Positions 33,625 to 43,292 of a stretch of DNA of 64,000 nucleotides are shown here, one piece after another (positions within the stretch are counted from its first letter, which is position 1; each line of letters starts with the position of its first letter). A program made the position numbers and the translations under genes. Source of the DNA: an uncultured bacterium (lineage in GTDB: Bacteria; Babelota; Babeliae; Babelales; Vermiphilaceae). The notes below the pieces were generated by a model. The model had not been told where the DNA came from, searched no databases, and was given only the letters and a program-made list of their open reading frames with translations. The DNA lies in assembly GCA_963707655.1 (NCBI GenBank), contig OY970172.1, forward strand, positions 64,001-128,000, given 5' to 3'.

Positions 33625-34014
33625 ATGAAGCAGAGAATATATTGGAAAAAAATAAGTGCGGCGAGTGGCATAGCCGTTTTGATGCCTTTTGCATTGGTGC
33701 GTTTGTGGAATATTCTTGATTTGTTTCATGGGCAAAATAGAGTTCTTGCTTACCTGAAAAGCAGCTTTTTATTTAACAATTTGGCCATTGTAAAGTTTGG
33801 TGTTATTGCAACGGTGCTCTATTCGGCCATGATTTTTGGTTCAAAAGCGTATGATGATGAGTTGGGTGCGGGCTTTATTTTAGGGTCAGCATTATCTGTT
33901 TGCTGGTTCTGCTATGCCGGCTCTGGGGATGCATTACAACAAGACATTTTATTATTTGGGGCATTGATTGCGCTTGTTGGGATTACCATGGGGTTAGGCA
34001 AAGAACAGTCATAA
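33625..34014 (+). CDS. Small membrane protein (4 TM)
   Basis: Hydrophobic ORF with GAGG RBS. Confidence 0.7.
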   Translation: MKQRIYWKKISAASGIAVLMPFALVRLWNILDLFHGQNRVLAYLKSSFLFNNLAIVKFGVIATVLYSAMIFGSKAYDDELGAGFILGSALSVCWFCYAGSGDALQQDILLFGALIALVGITMGLGKEQS

Positions 34015-34027
34015 AAAAAGGAGTGTT

Positions 34028-34702
34028 ATGGAATTTAAAAAAATAATTGATCAGATTTTAGCACCGGTCGTGGCGGTTGCTGTTCCTGCTCTGTGTCATT
34101 ATATAGCGGTCTTTTCTGCAACTTTACCGTTTTCTTTGTATGCATATGGACAAAATTTAAGTTATCCATTGATTCATGCAGTGAGCGGTGTGCTGTTTAT
34201 TATCATCGGCGCATTGCTTCATTTTCAGGGCATTGGTGCGGGCATGATTCTCGGCGGGGCTGTTGCAGCGCTGTTAAGTTCTTTTGATTTTTTTCTGTTT
34301 ATACATGATTATTCGGAAGTAACTCTTTTAGTACCGGCTCTGCCGCGCATGATTTTTTTTGGCGCCGGCCTTGCGGCATTGATTTTTGCCGCTTATTATG
34401 CTCAACGCGAAACGCTTAAAATATGGGCGGTGCGCTTGGGCATTATGGTATTATTACCTTTTGCTCTGTATGCAGCAATTACCGTTTTTCTGGCGCTGCC
34501 GCCGATCGCTAAACCATTAAAGCGACTATTGTACTATTACTATCGTGAGACCTTTAATTTGTTAATGGTCTTTTGTGGTGTTCTGTTAATTATTATCGGT
34601 TCTCATATTAAAAATAGGGCCGTGCATATGGGCATAGTTTTAGGCGCACTGTTTTGTTTAATGTTTCCTTTGATAGAAATTATAGTGGGGCGCTTTCATT
34701 AG
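34028..34702 (+). CDS. Membrane protein (~7 TM)
   Basis: Hydrophobic ORF with AGGAG RBS. Confidence 0.72.
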   Translation: MEFKKIIDQILAPVVAVAVPALCHYIAVFSATLPFSLYAYGQNLSYPLIHAVSGVLFIIIGALLHFQGIGAGMILGGAVAALLSSFDFFLFIHDYSEVTLLVPALPRMIFFGAGLAALIFAAYYAQRETLKIWAVRLGIMVLLPFALYAAITVFLALPPIAKPLKRLLYYYYRETFNLLMVFCGVLLIIIGSHIKNRAVHMGIVLGALFCLMFPLIEIIVGRFH

Positions 34703-34847
34703 ATTATTGAAAGAATTTTGCTTTTAAATACTTATTTTTTCTAATTCCAAAAAAATAGCTACTGTTGTTAAAAATTGCAGCAGTTCCTACCGGCTGTTAT
34801 ACTAAAGCGCCAAAATATAAGTATTTTTAAAAAAGAAAACAGTTGAT

Positions 34848-35084
34848 ATGAAGCAAATACTTTTACTCACCGTTATATGCATAAACATTATTAATGGTAT
34901 GGATTCTGCCTCATCTTCTTCATGCACAGCGAATCTAGTTGCTGATTCATTTTGCCTGCAAGCCGAAGCTAATGGCTATGTAGAATTTAAAAACAATGAT
35001 TTCGATAAAAATTTTTATCATGAAGCAGTTTCTTTTTTAATCCCGAGGATCAATTATCCAATGCCTTCAGTTATTAAAAAATAG
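34848..35084 (+). CDS. Short exported hypothetical protein, possibly truncated
   Basis: Signal peptide MKQILLLTVICINIINGMD; only 78 aa. Confidence 0.5.
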   Translation: MKQILLLTVICINIINGMDSASSSSCTANLVADSFCLQAEANGYVEFKNNDFDKNFYHEAVSFLIPRINYPMPSVIKK

Positions 35085-35095
35085 GTTGAGCATGT

Positions 35096-36484
35096 TCATC
35101 TGCCCACCCAATACTCGAGCCATTTCTGGAGCCATCGTTGCAAACGGCCATAGGGCGGATAGCGCAGCGGAAGAGTAAAAAGAGAAGAGCCTTTAACCAT
35201 AGTTTTCATGTTGGAAAACGTCTCAAAGCTTTTTTTCCCGTGATAGCGGCCAAAACCGCTAGCGCCGACACCACCAAAAGGCAGATAGGGGGATCCCGCT
35301 TGAATCATAAGTTCATTAATGCATAAAGCGCCGGAAGAGGTTTGCTGTTGTGCATTTTTTTGCCATTCTTTATTTTTGGTAAAGAGGTAGACCGCCAACG
35401 GCTTTGGATGTTGCCTGATAATATCAAGAGCATTATTAAAATTCGCGTAGCTAATAATCGGCAACAGGGGTCCAAATATCTCCTCTTGCATTATCGGATC
35501 TTGCAGATTTATTTGATCAATAATCGTGGGAGCTATAAATCGCTCCCGTGCGTCAACTATTCCGCCGTGCCTGATAGTGCCTTTGAGCATAAGAGTATTA
35601 AGCCGTTCGATATGTTTTTGATTAATAATTCTGCCATAATCGGCACTTTGCTGTGGATCATCGCCAAAGAACTTAATGATATATTCTTTAAGTAAAACAA
35701 TAAATTGTTCTTTAATAGTTGCATCAACAAGAAGATAATCGGGTGCAACGCAGCTTTGCCCCGCATTTAAAAATTTTGCCCAGACAACTTTTTTTGCGCT
35801 ACTTTCAAGACACGCATCCTGCGCGATAATGCAGGGGCTTTTGCCACCCAATTCAAGCGTTAGTGGCGTGATAGAGTGCGTTGCTGCTTGCATTACTTTT
35901 TTTCCAACGGCGGTGCTTCCGGTGAAAAAAATATAATCAAAATGATGCGCCAAGAGATCTTCTGCCGTATGCGCATCGCCGCAGAGTACGGTAACATAGG
36001 CAGAGGGAAAAGATGCTTTGATGATGGTGCCAAGAATAGCAGCGGTTGCCGGAGCGAATTCAGATGGTTTAATCACCGCGCAGTTACCGGCCGCCAGTGC
36101 ACCAACGAGCGGCTCTAATGATAAATAAAAGGGATAATTCCATGGTGAAATTATGAGGGCGAGGCCATAAGGCTCGTAGCTTATAGAGCTCTTTGCGGGC
36201 CAAAAAATAAGTGGCATTTCAACTTTGGTTGGCTTGCACCAGCTCTTAAGGCAATCAAGCACATGATTAATACTGCAGAGTATCGGATGAATTTCAGTCA
36301 TGTAGGCTTCAAATTCTGGCTTTTTGAGATCGATCGCTAATGCATTAATAATATCACTTTGATGATCAAGAATGGCTTCTTTAAGTCTGAGCAGCTGCAA
36401 AATGCGAAATTCTGCTGTTCTCGTGGCGCCATGAGAAAAAAAAGTTCGTTGCTGTTCAATAAGTGCGGTTATATATTCATTCAC
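35096..36484 (-). CDS. Aldehyde dehydrogenase (class 3-like)
   Basis: SPWNYP, FFTGS, LELGGKSP, NAGQSC and EEIFGP; probable GTG start at 36484. Confidence 0.95.
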   Translation of the reverse strand: MNEYITALIEQQRTFFSHGATRTAEFRILQLLRLKEAILDHQSDIINALAIDLKKPEFEAYMTEIHPILCSINHVLDCLKSWCKPTKVEMPLIFWPAKSSISYEPYGLALIISPWNYPFYLSLEPLVGALAAGNCAVIKPSEFAPATAAILGTIIKASFPSAYVTVLCGDAHTAEDLLAHHFDYIFFTGSTAVGKKVMQAATHSITPLTLELGGKSPCIIAQDACLESSAKKVVWAKFLNAGQSCVAPDYLLVDATIKEQFIVLLKEYIIKFFGDDPQQSADYGRIINQKHIERLNTLMLKGTIRHGGIVDARERFIAPTIIDQINLQDPIMQEEIFGPLLPIISYANFNNALDIIRQHPKPLAVYLFTKNKEWQKNAQQQTSSGALCINELMIQAGSPYLPFGGVGASGFGRYHGKKSFETFSNMKTMVKGSSLFTLPLRYPPYGRLQRWLQKWLEYWVGR

Positions 36485-36706
36485 AGTACTTCCTTTAAGG
36501 CTAATTTTTAATGACAGTAACAAAGCTGATTTGTTAAATCTAGAGTTTTAGCCTGTTCTGCGCTGAAAGCAGAGTCTGTATTGATTTGTAATGAATCATT
36601 CAAAAAAACATGTGCCTGCTTAATGGCTTGACAGAATGTTTATTTTGATAAATGATCAGCTCATTAATGAGAAATTGGTGATGAGTAAATCATAAGGAAG
36701 TATGTA

Positions 36707-38197
36707 ATGAAAAGCACTTTGTTTGTAAAATTTTTCTCTTTAATCTTTCTCTTGTTGAATATGTCTTTGTTGGCTTCTGTTGCGCAAAGACACGTTACGG
36801 TTATTGTTCCTTCGTTCAACAACAAAGATTATTATCAACACAATTTAGATTCAGTTTTTAGTCAAACGTATGATAATTTTCACGTCATTTATATCAACGA
36901 TTGTTCTACTGATGGCACCGGAGAGTTAGTCGAGCGCTACCTTGATGAAAACAATGTGCGCCACCGGGTTCATCTTATGCATAATAAATGCAATCGAGGA
37001 GCAATGGCAAATCTTTATCGAGCAATTCATATGTGCCATGATACTGATCTTGTGGTGATTCTTGATGGGGATGACGCCTTTTTACATGAAAATGTATTGG
37101 CATCTATTGAGCGTATTCATCGTGAGCATAACTGTTGGGTTTCTTACGCCCAATTTCTCAACCTTCCTGAAAATAAAGCAGTTGAAGCGGGTTTGAGTGT
37201 AATGGGCTATGCAGCGCCAACTCCTATCGAGGTTATTAAGAACAAAAGTTATCGCCAGCATCCCTGGTCATGGTCCGGGTTACGCAGTTTTGATGCATGG
37301 TTGTTTAAGCAGATTCGCTTAGAAGATTTGCTTGATCGTCGCCCAGGACACGAAGGGGAATTCTTTTCTGTCTGTTATGATAATGCCTGTTTTTTCCCCA
37401 TGCTTGAAATGGCCGGTGAAAAAATGGTCTTTATTACCGATCCGCTGTTATATCGCAATGTTGATACGCCGCTCAATGATTTTAAAGTGAAATCCAGAGC
37501 CGCTGATCGGGCAGAAATACAAAGAGATATTAGAGCCAAACATCCTTATCCCACCATTACGCAACCTGTTTTGACTGATAAACGCGCTCTTAATTACTCA
37601 TGGGCCGATATAGTATTGTTTGCTGATTCTGTTGAGTTGTTGCCGCGTGCCCTTGATTCGTGGGGCAAGGCGACGGGTGTGGGGGATATTCATGTCTGCT
37701 ATAACGCTGAAGACGAAGCTGCTCTAAAAAAAATACAGATGCGGTATCCGGTGATCATAATGCATAATTTAAGTCGCGAGCCATTGCCTGCAATCATACA
37801 ATCACTATTGTGCGAATACGTTGTTTTAACTTCAACCGCCAACTCTAAGCAACAGCTTGATATGACCTCATGCATTAAGCTGCTTAAACAAGCGCAAGCA
37901 CTCTGTTTTTATCTTTCTTATGATGAAAAAAGTTTTTTTGGCGAGAAAAAAATAAATCGTTTTCCTGTTGCGTCAATTACACAGGAGGTAATAGCGTGCC
38001 ATTGTTCCGTATTGCAAGAACATAATGCCTCTTGTAGTCCGTGTAATCGTGTAGCAACTCTTTACCGTAAAAATGATGTAGCGGGCGCATTGCACAATAA
38101 AAATGTTCAGTCGATAGCAGGCTGTGATCAGCTGTTTGCAACAATTCATGCTGCCCCAAATTCCGTAGCGTTGTTATATAAAGTGAGCCCATTTTAA
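36707..38197 (+). CDS. Glycosyltransferase family 2 with signal peptide and extra C-terminal domain
   Basis: VIVPSFNN, INDCSTDGT and LDGDD motifs. Confidence 0.9.
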   Translation: MKSTLFVKFFSLIFLLLNMSLLASVAQRHVTVIVPSFNNKDYYQHNLDSVFSQTYDNFHVIYINDCSTDGTGELVERYLDENNVRHRVHLMHNKCNRGAMANLYRAIHMCHDTDLVVILDGDDAFLHENVLASIERIHREHNCWVSYAQFLNLPENKAVEAGLSVMGYAAPTPIEVIKNKSYRQHPWSWSGLRSFDAWLFKQIRLEDLLDRRPGHEGEFFSVCYDNACFFPMLEMAGEKMVFITDPLLYRNVDTPLNDFKVKSRAADRAEIQRDIRAKHPYPTITQPVLTDKRALNYSWADIVLFADSVELLPRALDSWGKATGVGDIHVCYNAEDEAALKKIQMRYPVIIMHNLSREPLPAIIQSLLCEYVVLTSTANSKQQLDMTSCIKLLKQAQALCFYLSYDEKSFFGEKKINRFPVASITQEVIACHCSVLQEHNASCSPCNRVATLYRKNDVAGALHNKNVQSIAGCDQLFATIHAAPNSVALLYKVSPF

Positions 38198-38215
38198 TTA
38201 ATTCGGAGAAATAGT

Positions 38216-39772
38216 ATGTACATGTCTTCTTATATCAAACGTATAGTATTGATGCATTGCGCGTCAATCGTGCTCCTGGCCTGTGGCGATCAGCAGCCCA
38301 TTTGGCAGCAAAGAGTTGACACGAGTGGCGCAGAGCAGCCTTTGGTTATTGTGATCCCGTCATACAATAATGCAGCGTGGATTGAAAGAACGTTGAATTC
38401 AGTTTTTTCGCAAGAATATAGTAACTATCGAGTAGTGTATCTTGACGATTGTTCTACCGATGAAAGTGTTGAGATTATTGAGCGTTACATTCGTGATAAC
38501 CATCTTGAAGGTAAAATTATTCTTGTTAAAAATGATCGCCGGTGGCGCAAATTAAGAAATCTTTATTTAGCTATTCATCGTTATTGTGCCGATGAAGAAG
38601 TGGTAGTAACGCTTGATTGCGATGATTTTCTTGCACATCCTGGTGTATTTAAATTAATTAATGAATTTTATAGTGATCCTGACGTATGGTTTATGTACGG
38701 CGGTGACGAACCGTATCCAAAAGTGGAAGCAGCGCGTTGGGGAATTACCAAGGCAAACTTATCAGCTCCTACACCAGATGCGGTTATTCGCGCCAATAGT
38801 TTTCGTCAATTCAACTGGGTGTATATGCATATTCGCACCTTCCGCGCATGGCTCTTTAAACTGGCAACTATTGATGAAATGGTGTCAGTAAACGTTCCCG
38901 GTTATCAGGGTAAATTTTATCCTGCTTGTATAGATTACATCTTTGTCTATCCAATGCTTGAAATGGCGCAGCGCCACATGCGATACAATGATGAATTTGT
39001 CTATTACTGGAATGCGGCAAACCCGATAAACAGCTTCAAAGTTGATCGTCAGTTGCAAGCTTTGTCTGCCATGGAGACGCGCAAAAAAGCCCCATATGAA
39101 CCATTGATCAAACCAATGCCATATCGCCTTGATCCTTTTAAAGATGCAACGGCCGATCTTGTTATTTTCTCTGATTCTACTCCAGCAGCATTAGATCTGT
39201 TCATACAATCAGCCAAGCAACGGGTCAGTGCCATCGAAAAAATAATAGTGGTATACCAAGCGGATAGCCAAGAGATAGAAAATGCATACCAACAGCTTGC
39301 ACAACAGCACGCTGCTATACAGTGGCATAAGATTACCGATTCTGTTGAATCGTTGCGCACTATGCTGGCGCAAAGTCCTGCGCAGCATTGCGTAGTCACG
39401 CGTGACGCTGTTTCAATAGTAAAGCCAATTAATGTAAATAGCGGCATTCTCGCGTTACAAGAGACGGGAGCTTATGCATTCTTTTACCATTTGGGTGCAG
39501 CACATGGCTGCGTTTGCAGTGCCAGTGGCACTGTGTCGGAAGTGCCTTGCCAAGAAGTTATGGATGATTGGCACGTATGGAAGTTTGCATGCGACACGCA
39601 CAAAGTAATTAAGCAACATGCACCGGCAATGACTTTGTATAGAAAAGCTGATATCACTTCTTTGTTTGATGTGACTGCGGAGAGCATTGATTCGCGTATA
39701 GAGAAATGGGCGGCTGTTCTTCCCGATCAAAACAAGGCCGGAATTTTATTCTCTGAGCCTTGTGTGAAATAG
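38216..39772 (+). CDS. Glycosyltransferase family 2, tandem paralog with signal peptide
   Basis: VIPSYNN, LDDCSTD and LDCDD motifs; shares PMLEMA and AWLFK with the upstream gene. Confidence 0.9.
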   Translation: MYMSSYIKRIVLMHCASIVLLACGDQQPIWQQRVDTSGAEQPLVIVIPSYNNAAWIERTLNSVFSQEYSNYRVVYLDDCSTDESVEIIERYIRDNHLEGKIILVKNDRRWRKLRNLYLAIHRYCADEEVVVTLDCDDFLAHPGVFKLINEFYSDPDVWFMYGGDEPYPKVEAARWGITKANLSAPTPDAVIRANSFRQFNWVYMHIRTFRAWLFKLATIDEMVSVNVPGYQGKFYPACIDYIFVYPMLEMAQRHMRYNDEFVYYWNAANPINSFKVDRQLQALSAMETRKKAPYEPLIKPMPYRLDPFKDATADLVIFSDSTPAALDLFIQSAKQRVSAIEKIIVVYQADSQEIENAYQQLAQQHAAIQWHKITDSVESLRTMLAQSPAQHCVVTRDAVSIVKPINVNSGILALQETGAYAFFYHLGAAHGCVCSASGTVSEVPCQEVMDDWHVWKFACDTHKVIKQHAPAMTLYRKADITSLFDVTAESIDSRIEKWAAVLPDQNKAGILFSEPCVK

Positions 39773-39795
39773 ATAGTTAGAACAAGGTAGATTTA

Positions 39796-39830
39796 GCGCA
39801 CACTGGCTTGAAGAATCCAGTGTGCGTTTT
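39796..39830 (+). terminator. Intrinsic terminator after the GT2 pair
   Basis: GCGCACACTGG...CCAGTGTGCGTTTT. Confidence 0.8.
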
Positions 39831-39928
39831 GCCTTGAAAAGCACTTTTTACTTACAAAAAAAATGAAGCTGCAGTACATTTATGCAAGGTTAATTATTCA
39901 GATAACAATAGTGGGATTTTAATTTATC

Positions 39929-41197
39929 ATGCAAGAATATATCGTTGTTGAACAGTCATTGGAGTTGCACGGAGAACAAGAGCTGGTTGGGGCAAAAAAT
40001 GCGGTGCTGGTGATTATGGCATCTTTGGTGTTAACTGCTGGCAAATCAGTGTTAACGAATGTTCCTGCTTCAAATGATGTTTTTCAAATGATCTCATTGC
40101 TTGAATCTTTGGGTGCCCAGATAGTTTTTGATAAAGATACGCATACATTGCACGTTGACACGAGTAACGTGAACCGGTGGCAGGTCAACCCGGAAGTTAT
40201 GAAAAAAATGCGTGCATCAGTTTTGGTTATGGGTCCATTGCTCGCTCGCTTTGGGCGCGCTTCATTGGCTATGCCGGGTGGCTGTTTACTTGGCGCACGG
40301 CCGATTGATTATCACCTCAAAAATTTCCAGATGATGGGCGTGGCGATTAATATGATTGGTGATGAGCTGCATGCTTCATGCAATCGTTTGCAAGCTCGGC
40401 GACTTGTTCTTGAGTACCCAAGCGTTGGCGCCACAGAAAATTTAATGATGGCTGCCACATTAACGCCGGGCACTACTTCTATTATTAACGCCGCTCTTGA
40501 GCCTGAAGTATATGATCTTATTGAAGTGTTACAAAAAATGGGCGCAAAAATTAACGTTGTATCCTCCGCAACTATTGTGATTGAAGGGGTAAGTGCTCTT
40601 AATCCAATCAATCATGCAATCATACCTGATCGGCTTGAAGCGGGCACACTGCTTATAGCCACGGCAATTACCGGCGGGAGCATTGCATTGCCACAGGCAC
40701 GTGCGGACCATCTTGATTTGGTTTTATACAAATTAGATGAAATGGGGCACAGCATAACTGTTGGTGAGCATGGCAGCGGTGTGTGGTTTAAAGCAACCAA
40801 AAGCCCCCGTGCTGTTTCATTTAAAACAACTCCCTATCCAGGATTCCCCACCGATTTGCAAGCACCCATGATGGCAGCACAATGCCTTGCGCAGGGAACA
40901 AGCATTATTGAAGAGACGGTGTTTGAAAATAGATTATTGCATGTGGCGCAATTGCAAAAAATGGGCGCGAACATTACCGTAAAAGATAATAAAGCGATAG
41001 TTACCGGCGTTGATTCACTCAAAGGGGTTTCTGTTGAGGCAACAGATATTCGTGCTTCTTGTGCGTTGGTACTGGCCGGCATGGTGGCCCATGGCACAAC
41101 GGTGATGAGTAATACGCACCATTTCAAGCGGGGCTATGAAGCTCTTGAAAAGAAATTGAACGCATTGGGTGCGCGTATTAATTTTGTGGAAGAATAA
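39929..41197 (+). CDS. murA: UDP-N-acetylglucosamine 1-carboxyvinyltransferase
   Basis: GAKNA, MRAS, PGGCLLGARP, SVGAT and YPGFPTD motifs. Confidence 0.97.
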   Translation: MQEYIVVEQSLELHGEQELVGAKNAVLVIMASLVLTAGKSVLTNVPASNDVFQMISLLESLGAQIVFDKDTHTLHVDTSNVNRWQVNPEVMKKMRASVLVMGPLLARFGRASLAMPGGCLLGARPIDYHLKNFQMMGVAINMIGDELHASCNRLQARRLVLEYPSVGATENLMMAATLTPGTTSIINAALEPEVYDLIEVLQKMGAKINVVSSATIVIEGVSALNPINHAIIPDRLEAGTLLIATAITGGSIALPQARADHLDLVLYKLDEMGHSITVGEHGSGVWFKATKSPRAVSFKTTPYPGFPTDLQAPMMAAQCLAQGTSIIEETVFENRLLHVAQLQKMGANITVKDNKAIVTGVDSLKGVSVEATDIRASCALVLAGMVAHGTTVMSNTHHFKRGYEALEKKLNALGARINFVEE

Positions 41198-41229
41198 AAA
41201 AAGGACGGTTTTTGAAGACCGTCCTTTTT
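41197..41229. terminator. Bidirectional terminator
   Basis: AAAAAGGACGGT...ACCGTCCTTTTT. Confidence 0.8.
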
Positions 41230-41242
41230 AATCGTTGGTAAG

Positions 41243-42092
41243 TTATTTCTTATAGTTCCTGAGCAAGGCTTCACGTTCTGCATCGATTTCATCGAGAATT
41301 CGCTCGGTTTCATCAACTTGTCTCAGATTGAAATCCTTGCTCCACATAGCCTTTTGATGTTCTATTTTGGTGTTTACCCACCGATCAATTAACGACTCAA
41401 GCTTAGCTATCGCATCGGGAGTGGCGGCATCTTTGAGGAGCTGTGTTTGCGCTTCGCGAAGATACTGAGCTGCAGCTTGGTCCAGCGCAGCATGCCGCTT
41501 AAAGAGGATAGCACCGTTATCATTCTCCTTGGAATCGCGCCACATCAAGAGGTGATCAGCTGCGCTTATTTCACTATTTTCTTGCGCTCTGACGAGAAAA
41601 GCCAACTGATGCTGCACGGCTGGGGGCTGATTTGCAGCAGAAGATAATAAAGATTTTTTTGCTGCGGTAGCGGCTTTGATAACTGCTTTAGCGTAGTCGT
41701 TTCTCTGGCTTTCTGGCAGAGTTTTGTACGGGTGGGCTAACCGATTGGCTAATGGATTGGTTATGTGTTGATCCAATTTGGCGAGTTGTTGTTTCGTTTC
41801 ATCAGTAAGAGTTTGTTGGTTATTGCCGGTCCAGTAGCGGCGAATCGCTGCAAAAAAGGGATAAAAAATCCGCTGTTTTCAGGGGCAGATTGAATAGCAG
41901 TTGCAGGTTCGGCATTCGTTGTCATTTGTCGTATAGTTTCTTTTGCGCTGTTATTAAAAGCATTTTGTGCCTTATTGGCAGCCTGAGGTGCAACACGTTG
42001 CTGAATATTCTTGCTCCATTGCGGCAACATCGCAAAACTCTTCGCGCTTATCAATAATAAGGCGAAGAGTGATAATGATATTTTTTATTCAT
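41243..42092 (-). pseudogene. Exported alpha-helical hypothetical protein broken at homopolymer runs
   Basis: ATG 42092 plus one extra A gives MNKKISLSLFALLLISAKSFAM. A second shift at the T6 runs near 41852-41868 joins the two track ORFs. Confidence 0.7.
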
Positions 42093-42268
42093 ATTTGTAA
42101 TCCTTAAAATGTGCTCGGTAAGAGTGGGTAAAAGGATTATGTTTTTTAGCTAATTATTATCTTGTTCTACTACAAGAATAGCACAATACCCCCTCCCCCC
42201 CCTGTAAACATTTCAAATAGAAAATTAACCATTGGATGTATGGGGCAGTAAAAAAAGACTGAAAAGCT

Positions 42269-43243
42269 TTAATCTAACGCTATGTTCCTGAATGTCTTCG
42301 CGTTCGAGTATGCCTCATGTTTGATAATAATGTCTTTGACAAATTTAAAGTGTTTTCGCCCATGATAAGTAAGCCTTATATCGTTTAATTCATCATCAAT
42401 GTAATCAATGGGTGTTTTATTAAAACAATCATGCAAGTGAACATTGCAATTCAATTCAAGTAATATTTTGACTTTTTCCAGAGCTATAGCATTTCCCCAT
42501 AATGCCTTATCAACCGCCTTATGCAATGGAGTCTCTTTACGGTACTTGGATTGAGCATTTACACTTAAGCCCAATCGACTATAAAAACGTAATAATTCTG
42601 GTTCATAATAACTTTTTTCTGCAATCATGTTTAAAAGTGGTTCTTCGCTACCACGAATAGGCAATTTTATCTTAGTCCCGTAATCAACCAGCACTCGGGC
42701 CAATTCAACGGTGTGAGCGGACTTTATGGGTGATGCTTCTCCGAAGCGATTTGGATACGCACCTCGTGATAAGAGGGCTTGCGCATAGCCAGCGTCTTGA
42801 GCATAGACTATTTGGCTTATTGGGTAGATCCAACGATCAGGGCTGTCCATCACGCAAATGTTGGGGCTAGCCCCGGCTTTAATAAGCGCTATGATTAAAT
42901 AGCGTTCTTGCACGCTAGCATCAGATTCTTTTCTAAGAATGTTGGCAAGGATAGCATTCTTGAAAACTTCGTCTTCATCTTTAAATGCGACGGGAACAGT
43001 ATCCGTCAAAAAATTGTCTTCATAAGAATCACCTTCAACAGGATGCAGCTCTGCGGGGATGTTGGCAAGAATATTGAGCGGATTATTTTTTACTGCATTC
43101 AGATGCAATACAACAAGAGCCTTTTTTTTAAACTGCTCTGGTTGAATCATGCCAAGTTCTCGTGATCTCACGAGTTTAAGTAAAGAATGATCACTCATAG
43201 CAGTGGTCAGAAAGGGTATCAAAAATAGAGCAATAAAAAACAT
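42269..43243 (-). CDS. Ankyrin-repeat protein with signal peptide
   Basis: ETPLHKAV, LIKAGASPN, LLSRGAYPN and KTPID motifs. Confidence 0.85.
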   Translation of the reverse strand: MFFIALFLIPFLTTAMSDHSLLKLVRSRELGMIQPEQFKKKALVVLHLNAVKNNPLNILANIPAELHPVEGDSYEDNFLTDTVPVAFKDEDEVFKNAILANILRKESDASVQERYLIIALIKAGASPNICVMDSPDRWIYPISQIVYAQDAGYAQALLSRGAYPNRFGEASPIKSAHTVELARVLVDYGTKIKLPIRGSEEPLLNMIAEKSYYEPELLRFYSRLGLSVNAQSKYRKETPLHKAVDKALWGNAIALEKVKILLELNCNVHLHDCFNKTPIDYIDDELNDIRLTYHGRKHFKFVKDIIIKHEAYSNAKTFRNIALD

Positions 43244-43292
43244 GGCATTATTTCTTTCTGTGTATAACTAATGTGTATTCGATGCTAATTCG

